A stretch of DNA of 64,000 nucleotides, taken from assembly GCA_963709585.1 (NCBI GenBank), contig CAVPXI010000015.1, forward strand, positions 128,001-192,000, given 5' to 3'. Position 1 is the first letter of the stretch; each line of letters starts with the position of its first letter. The translations under genes and the position numbers were made by a program. The notes under the pieces are model-generated. The model was not told the origin of the DNA and ran no database searches. It saw nothing but the letters and a program-made list of their open reading frames with translations. Positions 1 through 9,885 of the stretch are shown in pieces. The DNA comes from Candidatus Dormiibacterota bacterium (GTDB lineage: Bacteria > Chloroflexota > Dormibacteria > Aeolococcales > Aeolococcaceae).

Positions 1-684
1 CGACACGACCCACGGCGCAGCACTGCCCGCCGTGTGCAGCACCAGCCGAACGACCGTGCCCCGATTGACCACCGCCCCATTGGCGGCGACCGTCCCATTG
101 AGAACGTTGGTCACGAAGACGTCCGAAACAGCACCGCGATCGACCGCGGCGAGATCCCAGGGACCGTTGATTCCGAACGCGTGGTTGAGTGTCTCGACGA
201 GTTTGCCGTTCCAGTCGAGAATGATCAGGCAGCCGGCTTTCGCAGTCGCCGAGGTGCCGTCGGAGGTCGGCAGCGACCCCACCACGACCCAGCGGTTATG
301 GAGGATGGCAAGCCCGGTGGTCAACCCCACCCCGCCGGTGCAGATGCCGTGCACGTCGCTCGAGGTGATGTGGGCAAACACCGAACGGCCTCCGTCCGGC
401 GTCATCTGGACGATCGTCGTGCCAGTTCCCTGGGCATTTGTCGAGTTATTGAAGTTGCTCACGAGCACGTCACCGGCAACAAGCCGGCCCTGCAACTCAT
501 GGACTACCGCCATGCCGTACGGGTTCACATCACCATTTCGGGGCACGGTCGACCCGAGCGTGGTGACGCGCGAAAACCCGCTGATGAACAGGCCCGATGC
601 CGATGCAGTGATCTGCCCAAACCCGATGCCGGCCATGGGCACCGCGACCATTGCCACGAGTTGGAGGATGTTACTTCGCCTCAC
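1..684 (-). CDS. Secreted beta-propeller/NHL-like protein, truncated by the left window edge
   Basis: Manual minus-strand translation from GTG at 684 (RBS GGGAGA): signal peptide, then STVPRNGDVNPYGMAV..SNFNN..GINGPWDL. Frame is open to position 1. Not listed in the ORF track. Confidence 0.75.
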   Translation of the reverse strand, partial: MRRSNILQLVAMVAVPMAGIGFGQITASASGLFISGFSRVTTLGSTVPRNGDVNPYGMAVVHELQGRLVAGDVLVSNFNNSTNAQGTGTTIVQMTPDGGRSVFAHITSSDVHGICTGGVGLTTGLAILHNRWVVVGSLPTSDGTSATAKAGCLIILDWNGKLVETLNHAFGINGPWDLAAVDRGAVSDVFVTNVLNGTVAANGAVVNRGTVVRLVLHTAGSAAPWVVS

Positions 685-898
685 TGTTCGTTCTCCCTGG
701 ACGCCGGACGGCCATCCCGACCGCCTCTAGCAGCGCCACGTATGAATACGGGGCGGGTTACGCTCAGGGGCGTGAGCCTCCCATCCTGCGTCTGGCCTCA
801 CCCGCACGGGGCACCAATAGCGCGCGTTTCAGTATTCGGCTTGGTGCCGGGCGGAGCCAACGGAGGCGCCCTGTAAGCTAGCGGCGCAGGAGTGCTTC

Positions 899-1678
899 AT
901 GGCTCGCGAGAGGTTTCGGATCGTTGCGACACCGATAGTCCTCTTCCTCGCAGCCTTCGCCTCGGCAAACGCGTATCCGAGCCCACCGGCGATCAGGTCT
1001 CGAATGGTGACCGTGTCGGCAGTCTCCGCCCCCCGCCGCCTCACGGTCAGGCCTGTGCTCACCGATCGGGCAGCCACTCCGGCGCCTTACAAACACTTGA
1101 CCAAGACTATCTACCTGACATTTGACGATGGGCCAAATCCGATCTGGACTCCGGAGATCCTTTCCCTCCTGGAGGACAGCGGTGCGCATGCGAGTTTTTT
1201 TGTCATTGGGGAGAACGCCAAATCGTGGCCCAAGTTGGTGGAGCGCGAGGCCCGCGACGGCGACACGATTGGAGATCACACCTGGTCGCACCCGAATCTG
1301 ACTCGGCTGTCGGCGACTGTCGTGTGGGCCGAGTTAGCCCGCGACCAGAACTTGATCACCGAGCTGACCGGAAAGCCGCCCAGCTTGTGGCGCCCTCCCT
1401 ACGAGGCGTTCAACCCACCGGTAGTCGCCATTGCATCCGGGTTGGGGATGAAGATGCAGCTGTGGAGCGTGGATACCGGAGATTGGCAGCTACCCGGAAC
1501 CGAGGTCATTGTGTTGCGTGTGATGGCGGCGCTTCACAACGGGATGGTCGTGCTCTTTCACGACGGGGGCGGCGATACCCGAAGCCAAACGGTGGCGGCG
1601 GTGGCCATCTTGATACCCGAGTTGCAGGCGGCAGGGTACCGGCTCGCAGCCCTGCCGGCCCAGGGAGTGGGCGAGTAG
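899..1678 (+). CDS. Polysaccharide deacetylase (NodB/CE4) with signal peptide
   Basis: TFDDGP, HTWSH, RPPY and LFHDG motifs. Confidence 0.92.
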   Translation: MARERFRIVATPIVLFLAAFASANAYPSPPAIRSRMVTVSAVSAPRRLTVRPVLTDRAATPAPYKHLTKTIYLTFDDGPNPIWTPEILSLLEDSGAHASFFVIGENAKSWPKLVEREARDGDTIGDHTWSHPNLTRLSATVVWAELARDQNLITELTGKPPSLWRPPYEAFNPPVVAIASGLGMKMQLWSVDTGDWQLPGTEVIVLRVMAALHNGMVVLFHDGGGDTRSQTVAAVAILIPELQAAGYRLAALPAQGVGE

Positions 1679-1691
1679 GTAGGCAGGCTCC

Positions 1692-2900
1692 TCAGCTCGT
1701 CACGACCACGACTGGAGTGTTGACCTCCGTTTCGATATACGGGCCATCGATCAACCACGACAGTTCATACGCTCCTGCGACGGCGGATGCCCTTTTCAGC
1801 GGCAGCTCCATGGCAAAGGTCCGCGAATGCCCTGCACCCAGCGAGGGCACTGCAGCACAGTTGAGCAAATACCGTGCAACCGCAAAACCCGCGCCACCCT
1901 TGATGGATTCGCTGTAGCCGGGGCAGGGACGAAAGTACAGGGTCTGATCGGACACATTGGTCAGTGTCACGGTGTAGTCGAGCGTCGTCCCGAGGCGCGC
2001 TGGAGAAGCAACCGAAATTGAAACGTCAAGATTCGATGCAGGCGTGAGCTCAGCGGGTTGGTAGCCCGGCTGCTGAAATGACGACACCATCATCGGGTAC
2101 TGTGCGGTGGGCGCACAACCCGGGACTTGAGCACCGCCGAATGGCGCGTCGAAGCGGAAGACACCCCCATCGCGAAGCGTGACGACGACGGTCGCCACCG
2201 TCGCGCTGCCGCAGATTGGAATATCGCTCTGGAGCAACAAATAGGTTTGCCCCTTGACGGGGTCGTTCGGGCCTCCGCTGGCGATCCGTGGGAGTAGTTC
2301 GACACCCGCGTTTGCATATGTGGGGATGTAGCCGCCATCAGCCAGTGCGACCCGGTACTCCGTGACGCGATGGCCCTTGGCGTCGAGGAAGCGAACACTG
2401 GTTGGAAACCCGCTGAGGGTGCATGGGGTAGCGGCACGGTCTGTGAAGATCAACGGCGCCCCGTAGTGACCCAACCCTCCGCCGCCGGGTCCGGGGTGAG
2501 CGATGAGGTCGCGGCTCCGGCACACCTGCAGTCCCGCCGGCGGGCTCGACGGTGTTGGTTGTGGTGTGGGTGTTGGCTCGAGCCCCGCCGGTGTGTCGAT
2601 CCACGGAACGGCTGCCTCGGACGGCGAAGGTCGTGGTGTCTGGGCGGCCGCAGCAGCGCGTGGTTGCGAGGGTTGCGCCCTCCCGGCTCCAATGATTCTG
2701 GGAACGGCAATCGCCAGTGCGATCACCAGGGCGGTGCCGATTCCCACTGCGAGCGACGCCGCCAGCCGGCCAGTACGCGAGCGGCGCGGAGGCTGTTCTG
2801 CACCCACGGCCAATCCGATGCGCACTCGGAGATCGCCTCGAGGCGGGAGGTAGGCCTCGTCGAACACCCTTCTCAACTGGTCAGCGAGCTTGCTGCTCAT
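1692..2900 (-). CDS. Membrane-anchored DUF4232-like protein, putative anti-sigma factor
   Basis: Short N-terminus, TM helix, Pro-rich linker, CTLSGFP-type Cys domain; ATGA overlap with the ECF gene. Confidence 0.6.
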   Translation of the reverse strand: MSSKLADQLRRVFDEAYLPPRGDLRVRIGLAVGAEQPPRRSRTGRLAASLAVGIGTALVIALAIAVPRIIGAGRAQPSQPRAAAAAQTPRPSPSEAAVPWIDTPAGLEPTPTPQPTPSSPPAGLQVCRSRDLIAHPGPGGGGLGHYGAPLIFTDRAATPCTLSGFPTSVRFLDAKGHRVTEYRVALADGGYIPTYANAGVELLPRIASGGPNDPVKGQTYLLLQSDIPICGSATVATVVVTLRDGGVFRFDAPFGGAQVPGCAPTAQYPMMVSSFQQPGYQPAELTPASNLDVSISVASPARLGTTLDYTVTLTNVSDQTLYFRPCPGYSESIKGGAGFAVARYLLNCAAVPSLGAGHSRTFAMELPLKRASAVAGAYELSWLIDGPYIETEVNTPVVVVTS

Positions 2901-3520
2901 CGCATCTCCTCGAAGCGATTCGACATCGCGTGGCCGGATTGCGCTGGGAGGTTGGTACCGCGCAGGTCTTCATCAGTCGTGTATGCGGAGCGAAGCGCCA
3001 ACACCGCGCGACGGAGCCGCGATCTGGCTGCGGCCTGGGACACGCCGAGCACCCGAGCCACCTCCTCGATGGGTAGATCAAGCCAGTACACCAAGGCGAG
3101 GACCAGCCGTTTCTCGCTGCCGAGGTGGGCGACGGTGTTGCGCAGATCGATGGCCTCCGCTGCACGACCCTCGAGTTGTTGACCAGACGGGCCGGTCGCC
3201 TCCTCCACCGGTCCGCTGCCACCTGGCAGATGCCACCATCGGCGACGGCGCACCGAACGGCATTCGTTGGCCACGATGGTGAGGAACCAGGGGCGGACGT
3301 CCCCGCGCTCCGCGCGAAGCGTGGCCACGGCCTTCCACGCCTTGAGAGCCGCTTCCTGCACCGCGTCCTCCGCGGCCTCGCGTTGGGCGAGCATCGTGAA
3401 GGCGAGCTTGTGCGCGGGTATGAGGACGGGAGCCAGCAACTCCTCGAACGCAGTCGGGTCGCCTTCGCGCGCAGCCGCGACCAGGGGTCCGGCGCCGGCG
3501 AGCGGGGCGGGAACTGACAT
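2897..3520 (-). CDS. ECF RNA polymerase sigma factor
   Basis: AEDAVQEA, WFLTIVAN and region 4 EVARVLG..RSRLRRA; start taken at MSVPAP. Confidence 0.9.
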   Translation of the reverse strand: MSVPAPLAGAGPLVAAAREGDPTAFEELLAPVLIPAHKLAFTMLAQREAAEDAVQEAALKAWKAVATLRAERGDVRPWFLTIVANECRSVRRRRWWHLPGGSGPVEEATGPSGQQLEGRAAEAIDLRNTVAHLGSEKRLVLALVYWLDLPIEEVARVLGVSQAAARSRLRRAVLALRSAYTTDEDLRGTNLPAQSGHAMSNRFEEMR

Positions 3521-3664
3521 CGGCAACTCATATGACGCTGGACGGGGCGGTTTCGTGTCGGTGAAGTTTTCGGCGTGGTCGTGTCCCAGGGGCCCGGAGT
3601 GGCCGGTGCCTGTTTCCCGGACCGTTACCTTTTGCCTCCCTCCCGGGGTCTTACTGGCAAGCAC

Positions 3665-4207
3665 ATGGCAACGGACGAGCAAGAGCTGCTCACGCGGAGG
3701 CCGGTCGGCGTGAGTTCCGAGGAGATCGCGAGCCACGACGAGGCGGCTTTCGCGGAGGCGCTCCTCGCCGCCCTACGGCCGGCATTTCGAGCCCTCCGTG
3801 CCATAGGTCTGTCCGAAGATGACGCTGCCGACGTACTCCAGGATGCCTCGATCCGGGCGTGGCGGCACCGCTCCCAGCGACACGGTGACTTCGCGGCGTG
3901 GTTCATTGCCATCGCCTATCACGAGGCGCGGCGCCCTCACCACCGCTGGCCCGCACTCCCGGTCTTTTGGCAAGGAACGAGGGGCTCATCGGACCAGAAG
4001 GGGCAAAACGATGACCTCGACCGCGCTCTTGCGCGGCTGCCGAGGCGGCAGCGGACCGCTATCTCCCTGCGCTACGGCAGTGATCTGACGATTCTCGATG
4101 TCGCCGGCACGCTGGGCATCAGTGAGGCCGCGGCCAAGCAGCTGCTTGCCAGAGCACGCGAGTCGCTCCGTCGAACGCTGTCATCGATTCCAAGAGGTGA
4201 GCCATGA
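3665..4207 (+). CDS. ECF RNA polymerase sigma factor, divergent from the previous one
   Basis: DAADVLQDA, FAAWFIAIA, LPRRQR..DVAGTLGISE. Confidence 0.88.
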   Translation: MATDEQELLTRRPVGVSSEEIASHDEAAFAEALLAALRPAFRALRAIGLSEDDAADVLQDASIRAWRHRSQRHGDFAAWFIAIAYHEARRPHHRWPALPVFWQGTRGSSDQKGQNDDLDRALARLPRRQRTAISLRYGSDLTILDVAGTLGISEAAAKQLLARARESLRRTLSSIPRGEP

Positions 4208-5490
4208 GCAATGACGGCGATGTGATCGCGGAGACACTGAATTCCCGTCCCCTCACTCTGACCGAAGAGGTCGCGCTCGCTCGTGTGGAGCGGTTCGTGT
4301 CGCGCCACGACTTCGCAGCGCCGCGACATCCGAAGCTTGCGCTCGAGCTCCTCCTTGCCGGCGTCGTCGCCGCGGTGGCGATCACGTTCATCGTGGCGCT
4401 TACCCGTCATTCGCTTTCAACGCCAACGCCGGCGCGCCCCACTCCGGTGCCCGTAGCCACCGCCACTGCGACTGCCAGCCCTCCAACTCCGTCAACGAGC
4501 CCGCCTCTGGGACCCGCCATCCCATTGCGCATCACGCAGCAACTGAAACTTGGCAGCTTCCAGGCCAACGCGATATCAGTGGGTTTGGGCAGCGTGTGGG
4601 TTGCGGCCCATAGTCCGGTATATGGGGACAGGGGCAGACTGTTTCGCGTCAATGCATCGTCGGCTCGCCAGACTGGAAGCTGGATGGTCGGGGGAGACCC
4701 GGAGGCGGTTTCGGCGGCCGGCAGCTACGTCTGGGTGGCCAACAGCTTCGGCGATGGTTCGCTCGTGTTGCCCGATCAGAACACCGTCATGCAGTTCAAT
4801 GCGACCACCGGAGCTCTGCTGCACCTGTATCGAATCTCGAGCCCCACCGCAGTGGCGGCGAATGGAAACAGCGCGCTCGTCGTGTCCTCCCGTACGGCGA
4901 ACGGTCCCACCGACATGTATTTCCTGACCGCCGGACGGTCATCACTGGTCGCCACCGTGCAAGGCGTCCTGCAGGGTCCATCGCTGTCGGGTGACGCCGC
5001 ACTCGCCGTCTGTGGTGGCCAGGTATATCTCGGCGTGAGCGAGCTCTCCGCCAGCGGTGCCCAGAGCGTCAACATCTACGTGATTCGCATCGGTGGCGGA
5101 CGTGTGGGGACCATCGCGACGATTCAGGGTGAGTGGTGGCCCGCGATGACCTGCGGGGGCAACTGGCTCTACGTCTTCGACGGGGCTGGAGACCTTCCGA
5201 TGCTCGTGAATCCGGTGGATGGCAGAGTAAGCACGCTGCTCGAAGGATCGGGCGCTTCGGCGGTCGGCTTCGAATCGGGATTTATCTGGCAGCTGCACAA
5301 CGCGTACGGCCCTCCAGGATCGGGGGGATACCTCACCGCCCTGGACCCGAACACGGGCCTCGAGTCGTCGTCCCGTCTGACCATCCCCGGCACCGTGTCA
5401 TCCGACGCGTTTCTCCTCGCCCCGGGTGCGCCCGGCTTGTGGGTGGTCGGCGGCAACGAGGGTCTCCTTCTGCACGTCATCTTCGGCTAG
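4204..5490 (+). CDS. Membrane-anchored beta-propeller protein, putative anti-sigma factor
   Basis: ATGA overlap with the ECF gene; TM helix, PT linker, repeated GSVWVA/YVWVAN blades. Confidence 0.6.
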   Translation: MSNDGDVIAETLNSRPLTLTEEVALARVERFVSRHDFAAPRHPKLALELLLAGVVAAVAITFIVALTRHSLSTPTPARPTPVPVATATATASPPTPSTSPPLGPAIPLRITQQLKLGSFQANAISVGLGSVWVAAHSPVYGDRGRLFRVNASSARQTGSWMVGGDPEAVSAAGSYVWVANSFGDGSLVLPDQNTVMQFNATTGALLHLYRISSPTAVAANGNSALVVSSRTANGPTDMYFLTAGRSSLVATVQGVLQGPSLSGDAALAVCGGQVYLGVSELSASGAQSVNIYVIRIGGGRVGTIATIQGEWWPAMTCGGNWLYVFDGAGDLPMLVNPVDGRVSTLLEGSGASAVGFESGFIWQLHNAYGPPGSGGYLTALDPNTGLESSSRLTIPGTVSSDAFLLAPGAPGLWVVGGNEGLLLHVIFG

Positions 5491-5602
5491 GCGGAATGCG
5501 TGCCCCACGCCTCTTGAGACCACCCCCGCGATGAGGCCCCCAGGTCGGACGGTCAGCCACGACCAATACGAAGGATAGGCGCCCTCAACGGGTTCCCCTA
5601 AC

Positions 5603-6590
5603 ATGGTCGAAACGATGACGGGTGCCCGTGGAGAAGATCCATCCGCCGCGCCCCCGGCCTTGATGGTCGACCAGCTGACCAAGCGGTTCGGCGAGCGCAC
5701 CGCATTCCAGGACGTTTCCTTCACCGTCGCTTCGGGCGAGGTGTTCGGCTTTCTCGGACCGAACGGGGCGGGGAAGACGACCACGGTTCGGACTCTGGGG
5801 ACGCTGATCGCACCCACGTCGGGTACCGCAAGCGTCGCCGGGATTCCGTTGACGTCGCAGAACGGACCGGAGATCCGACAGCGCATCGCGATCATGCCGG
5901 AAAACCCGGGCCTGTACCGACGCCTCACGGTGACCGAGAACCTTGAGCTCTTCGCAGGTCTCTACCAGCAGCGCAACGCAGCTGCTCGGATCGGCGAGGC
6001 GCTCGAGGCCGTGAACCTCACGGCGCGTGCGCGCGACCTTTGTGGCAGTCTGTCCAAGGGACTGTTGCAACGTGTTGGACTGGCGCGGGCGTTGCTCAAC
6101 GACCCTGCGGTCATGTTCCTCGACGAGCCCACATCCGGGTTGGATCCCGTCGCGACGCGTGAGGTGAACGACCTCATCACCGGGCTGCGCCAGCGCGGGG
6201 TCACTGTCTTCCTCACCACCCACCGCCTGGAGGAGGCGGAGCGGCTGTGTGACCGCGTTGCAATCCTCAACACCACGCTCCGCCTGGTGGGCCGGCCTGA
6301 CGAGCTCCGTGAGCGGCTCTTCAGCCGATCACTGGTCGTCGAGACGTTGACACCGCTCGCCACGCCAGATGCGCTCTTCAACAGCACCGACGGAGTCGAA
6401 AGCTGGCGGCCCGACGGGGCGAGCAGTTACGTGCTGAGTGTCACCGACCCGAGGAGGATCGCTCCGCAGGTGACCCGAGCACTCGTCGCCGCGGGTGCCG
6501 ACGTGGTCTCGATTAGCGAGTTCGCGTCACTCCCTCGAGGACGTCTACCTTCAGTTGATCGACGACGACCCGGAGGCATCGCAGCGATGA
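5603..6590 (+). CDS. ABC transporter ATP-binding protein, +1 frameshift near 6521
   Basis: GPNGAGKTT, LSKG, FLDEP. The natural C-terminus HSLEDVYLQL..QR* lies in another frame and ends at an ATGA overlap (6587-6590). Confidence 0.88.
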
Positions 6591-7420
6591 AGTTCAGCTT
6601 CAGACGTCTGGGTGCGGTGCTTCGCAAAGAGGTCCGTGAATACCGCCGCAGCCCCTTCATCGTCGGGACCATGGCGGTGCTCCCGCTCGTGTTCCTCGTA
6701 GAACCCTTGATCGTCATCTTTCGCATCGGCCCGTCGGTCGCGGCAAGCGCAGTGGATAAGGCGGTTGGAAGCACGTTTCTGCTGCTGCTGATCGCGCCCG
6801 CCCTGCTGCCGGCTGTCATTGCCGCGTACTCCGTGGTCGGAGAGCGCGAGCAGGGCACCCTCGAACCCCTGCTGACCACCCCGCTGCGCCGCGAGGAGCT
6901 GCTCCTTGGCAAGGCGCTCGGCGTCGTTGTTCCTGCGGTCGGCATCGCCTATGTGCTTTTCGTTGTTATCCAGGTCTGTGCCCGCCTCTTCGCCAGTAAC
7001 GCGGCTGTGGTCTCCGCCCTAGGGCAAGGTCCGCATATCCTGGCGGAGATTCTCTTCGCACCACTTCTGGCAGGGTGGTCGATCTGCGTGGGCATCGGCA
7101 TCTCGACGCGAGCGAGCGACGTTCGTGTCGCGCAACAGTTGGGGACATTGTCGAGCATCCCACCGCTCGCCGTCGTTGCGTTGGTGTCCTTCAATGTGTT
7201 CACGCCGAGCGTCACCCTCGCCGTGGTGTTCGCACTGATCCTCCTCGTGGCCGACGTGATTCTGTTTCGCGTCGTCGCGGCGTTGTTCGATCGCGAGCGG
7301 CTCATCACCGGCGCGTCGGCCCGGCAAGCGCCGAGCGGCGGCGGTCAGGTCCCACCCGCCGGGGCGGTTCGGCAGATACGGCGTATCCGGGGTAGCGAAG
7401 CTGAGCGACGCGACAGTTAG
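6587..7420 (+). CDS. ABC-2 type permease
   Basis: About 6 TM helices; GEREQGTLEPLLTTP motif. Confidence 0.88.
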   Translation: MKFSFRRLGAVLRKEVREYRRSPFIVGTMAVLPLVFLVEPLIVIFRIGPSVAASAVDKAVGSTFLLLLIAPALLPAVIAAYSVVGEREQGTLEPLLTTPLRREELLLGKALGVVVPAVGIAYVLFVVIQVCARLFASNAAVVSALGQGPHILAEILFAPLLAGWSICVGIGISTRASDVRVAQQLGTLSSIPPLAVVALVSFNVFTPSVTLAVVFALILLVADVILFRVVAALFDRERLITGASARQAPSGGGQVPPAGAVRQIRRIRGSEAERRDS

Positions 7421-7459
7421 GTTGTCTCGGACGTGGAGTGGGATCCGTATCGGCGACCG

Positions 7460-7954
7460 TTACGTACCCGTTGGCGGTGTCTCGCCGGGCGCAAAGCGAC
7501 CCATGTCTGCTCCGATCTTCTTGCCGATGTTGGCCACATGCAGGTGAATCTCGTCGAGGAGATCGGTGGCCTTTTTCACCTGTGCAGTCAGGGCTGTGTT
7601 CTCGGCGAGAAGCGTCTTGATATCGTCGGTGTTGTTCTCGGTATGCAGCGCTACCTCAGAGGCGATCGCATCAGCTCTCTTCGCGGCGATGAGCAGGGCA
7701 GCTGCCTGAATGCCCGCCAGCATCGAGAGAAAGAGGTTGAGAAGAATAAAGGGATACGGGTCAAATCCCGAGCCACCACCCACATGAAGCACGCCGTTGA
7801 CGACGGCCCAGATGATCATTACCGCGAAGAAGACGAAGACGAAGGGCCAAGACCCCATTCCGTTGCGCATCTTATCGGCGGCCCTCTCGCCGAGCGAGAG
7901 TCGGTCACCGGCGCGTACGGTCGGATGCTTCCCCCATTGGTGTTGCCAAGCCAT
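7460..7954 (-). CDS. DUF1003-family membrane protein
   Basis: GERAAD..GSW and FDPYPFILLNLFLS motifs. Confidence 0.88.
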   Translation of the reverse strand: MAWQHQWGKHPTVRAGDRLSLGERAADKMRNGMGSWPFVFVFFAVMIIWAVVNGVLHVGGGSGFDPYPFILLNLFLSMLAGIQAAALLIAAKRADAIASEVALHTENNTDDIKTLLAENTALTAQVKKATDLLDEIHLHVANIGKKIGADMGRFAPGETPPTGT

Positions 7955-8190
7955 GATCAGCTCCTTTCAAGCGCCTGATGGCGAATGTCCGGGATGGACA
8001 TTCACAGAAGCGTGTCATGTGCGTGGACTCTTGACGCGGGTTTGGGGGCAGCGCGGTTGAGCACGCTCCCACTGATACGGCACGACCTGGCTAGATGCGG
8101 CGGAACGTCTCTCCGACGCCTGCGTGGGTGAGGAGCGCCTCGTTTCGGGTCTCTGACAAGAGCCCAGGCGATGCCGGCTGCCGGCGGCAT

Positions 8191-8412
8191 CTATTCAGGG
8201 TGATACTCCCGGTGCCCGGTCCGCTCGTCGAACCAGACCCGCATCCGCCGACCGGTGTCCGGATCGATGAACACCTCGCTGGTGGGCTGGGCACCCTCGG
8301 AGGGAGTGGCTGGGCCGCGTACACCTCCGCCCCGGTATCGGTCCCAGCCGAAGATAGCGATGACGATTCCGCCTATCACGACCACCAAGATGACCACCAA
8401 GATCACAGTCAT
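8191..8412 (-). CDS. Small membrane protein
   Basis: N-terminal TM helix followed by EVFIDPDTGRRMRVW..TGHREY. Confidence 0.7.
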   Translation of the reverse strand: MTVILVVILVVVIGGIVIAIFGWDRYRGGGVRGPATPSEGAQPTSEVFIDPDTGRRMRVWFDERTGHREYHPE

Positions 8413-8440
8413 CACGGACGCCCCCGTCAGACCCCGGCGC

Positions 8441-8785
8441 TCATGACCCGGCGGGTCCCGGAGCTTCCAGCCCCTCCACCACCTGTGCGGTTCCATAGGC
8501 CACGATCTCGCTCATGCTTTTGCCCATCTCGGTAGAGTCGAAACGCATCATGGTGACTGCGTTGGCGCCCATGGCGGTGGCGTTCTCCACCATGCGGTCC
8601 AGGGCCTGACGGCGGGCGTCCTCGTTGAGCTTGACGTAGGATCCGATTTCGCCACCGGCGAGGCTCTTCAACCCGGCGGCGATGTTGCCGCCTATGCCTC
8701 GGGAGCGGACAGTCAGGCCGAAAACCTGGCCCAACGTTCGCACCACCCGAGTGCCCGGGATGTTCTCCGTGGTGGTGACGATCAT
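8441..8785 (-). CDS. YbjQ/UPF0145 family protein
   Basis: MIVTTTENIPG..GGEI..GANAV..AYGTA. Confidence 0.92.
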   Translation of the reverse strand: MIVTTTENIPGTRVVRTLGQVFGLTVRSRGIGGNIAAGLKSLAGGEIGSYVKLNEDARRQALDRMVENATAMGANAVTMMRFDSTEMGKSMSEIVAYGTAQVVEGLEAPGPAGS

Positions 8786-8847
8786 GAGCGCGGAGGATAC
8801 GCGTTCAGATCTGGATCAGGGGCGCCGCGAGGGGGTGAGCACGATGC

Positions 8848-9081
8848 TCACCGCCCATCGAGCACCCGAAGGCGACGCTGGTACTCGTCGGTGTCGATCT
8901 CGCCGCGCGCGAACCGCTCGCGCAGCACCGCGGCGGCGTCTGGCGTGCCGCCATGGCCACCTTTCCACCACAGGCGACCGCGCCAGATGAAGAGGCCGAT
9001 CACGGTGAGCCACAGGGCGCCGAAGACCAACGGAAAGATCCACCAAAAGCCGAAGCCGCCGCCGACCCAATATCCGGGCAT
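8848..9081 (-). CDS. SHOCT-domain membrane protein
   Basis: TM helix plus LRERFARGEIDTDEY. Confidence 0.85.
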   Translation of the reverse strand: MPGYWVGGGFGFWWIFPLVFGALWLTVIGLFIWRGRLWWKGGHGGTPDAAAVLRERFARGEIDTDEYQRRLRVLDGR

Positions 9082-9148
9082 GTCGTGTTCCTCCGATAAG
9101 TTGTGTTGGATGCCAACGGCACCATCGTCGGAGGCGCGCAGTGCTTCT

Positions 9149-9196
9149 GTCGTCCGTCGGGAAGCGACACTTTTGGCTACGTCCGCTGGCGTAGCC
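9149..9196. promoter_or_regulatory. Putative NarL-type response regulator operator, copy 1
   Basis: Imperfect palindrome GGCTACGTC-CGCT-GGCGTAGCC with an adjacent GTCGTCCG box; the same layout recurs at 11186-11230. Confidence 0.5.
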
Positions 9197-9210
9197 GCGC
9201 GTCGACTTGC

Positions 9211-9885
9211 TTACGCCAGCGCTTGGCCCGGCGACACAAGTCCGCTTTCATACGCGAAGACCACAAGCTGCGCACGATCCCGTGCTCCGAGCTTCTGCAT
9301 GGATCGGGACACATGGGTGCGCGCCGTCGCCGGGCTGATCACGAGCCTCTCTGCGATCTCGTCGTTGGAGAGCCCACAGCCGGCCAGCGTCACTACCTCA
9401 CGTTCACGCTCGGTGAGGTCGGCCAGCAGCTTCGTCCGCGGTGCGGCCGGTGCCGGCCGCGCGCTGAAGGCCTCGATGACGCGCCGCGTCACGGCCGGTG
9501 AGAGCAGCGAATCGCCCGCCGCCACCACACGGATGGCGCGCAGCAGCTCGGTTGGCTCCGCATCCTTGAGTAGAAATCCTCCGGCTCCGGCGCGCAGGGC
9601 CTCGAAGACGTACTCATCGATCTCGAAGGTGGTGAGGACGAGCACGCGGACACTGGATAGCTGCGGGTCGTTTGCGATCAGACGCGTCGCCTCCAATCCA
9701 TCAAGGATCGGCATGCGGATGTCCATCACCACCACATCGGGCCGCAGCTCACGCACAACGCGCAACGCTTCCTGGCCGTCAGCTGCCTCGCCGACCACCT
9801 CGATGTCGGGCTCCGCGTCGGCGAGCGCGCGCAGACCGACCCGAATCAACGGCTGGTCATCGGCGAGCACCACCCGGACGCTCAC
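9211..9885 (-). CDS. NarL/LuxR-family response regulator
   Basis: LADDQ, DIRMP, FLLKD, LTERE..GLSNDEIA. Confidence 0.95.
   Translation of the reverse strand: MSVRVVLADDQPLIRVGLRALADAEPDIEVVGEAADGQEALRVVRELRPDVVVMDIRMPILDGLEATRLIANDPQLSSVRVLVLTTFEIDEYVFEALRAGAGGFLLKDAEPTELLRAIRVVAAGDSLLSPAVTRRVIEAFSARPAPAAPRTKLLADLTEREREVVTLAGCGLSNDEIAERLVISPATARTHVSRSMQKLGARDRAQLVVFAYESGLVSPGQALA

Noticed and set aside
32-876. Long + strand ORFs, and similar long antisense ORFs such as 8891-10369, 50019-51854 and 54621-56396
   Set aside because: Shadow frames of high-GC genes on the opposite strand; no recognisable motifs.
5603-7420. Apparent 605-aa ABC ATPase-permease fusion
   Set aside because: An extra base near 6521 explains it; the normal SLEDVYL C-terminus, stop codon and ATGA overlap exist in the other frame.
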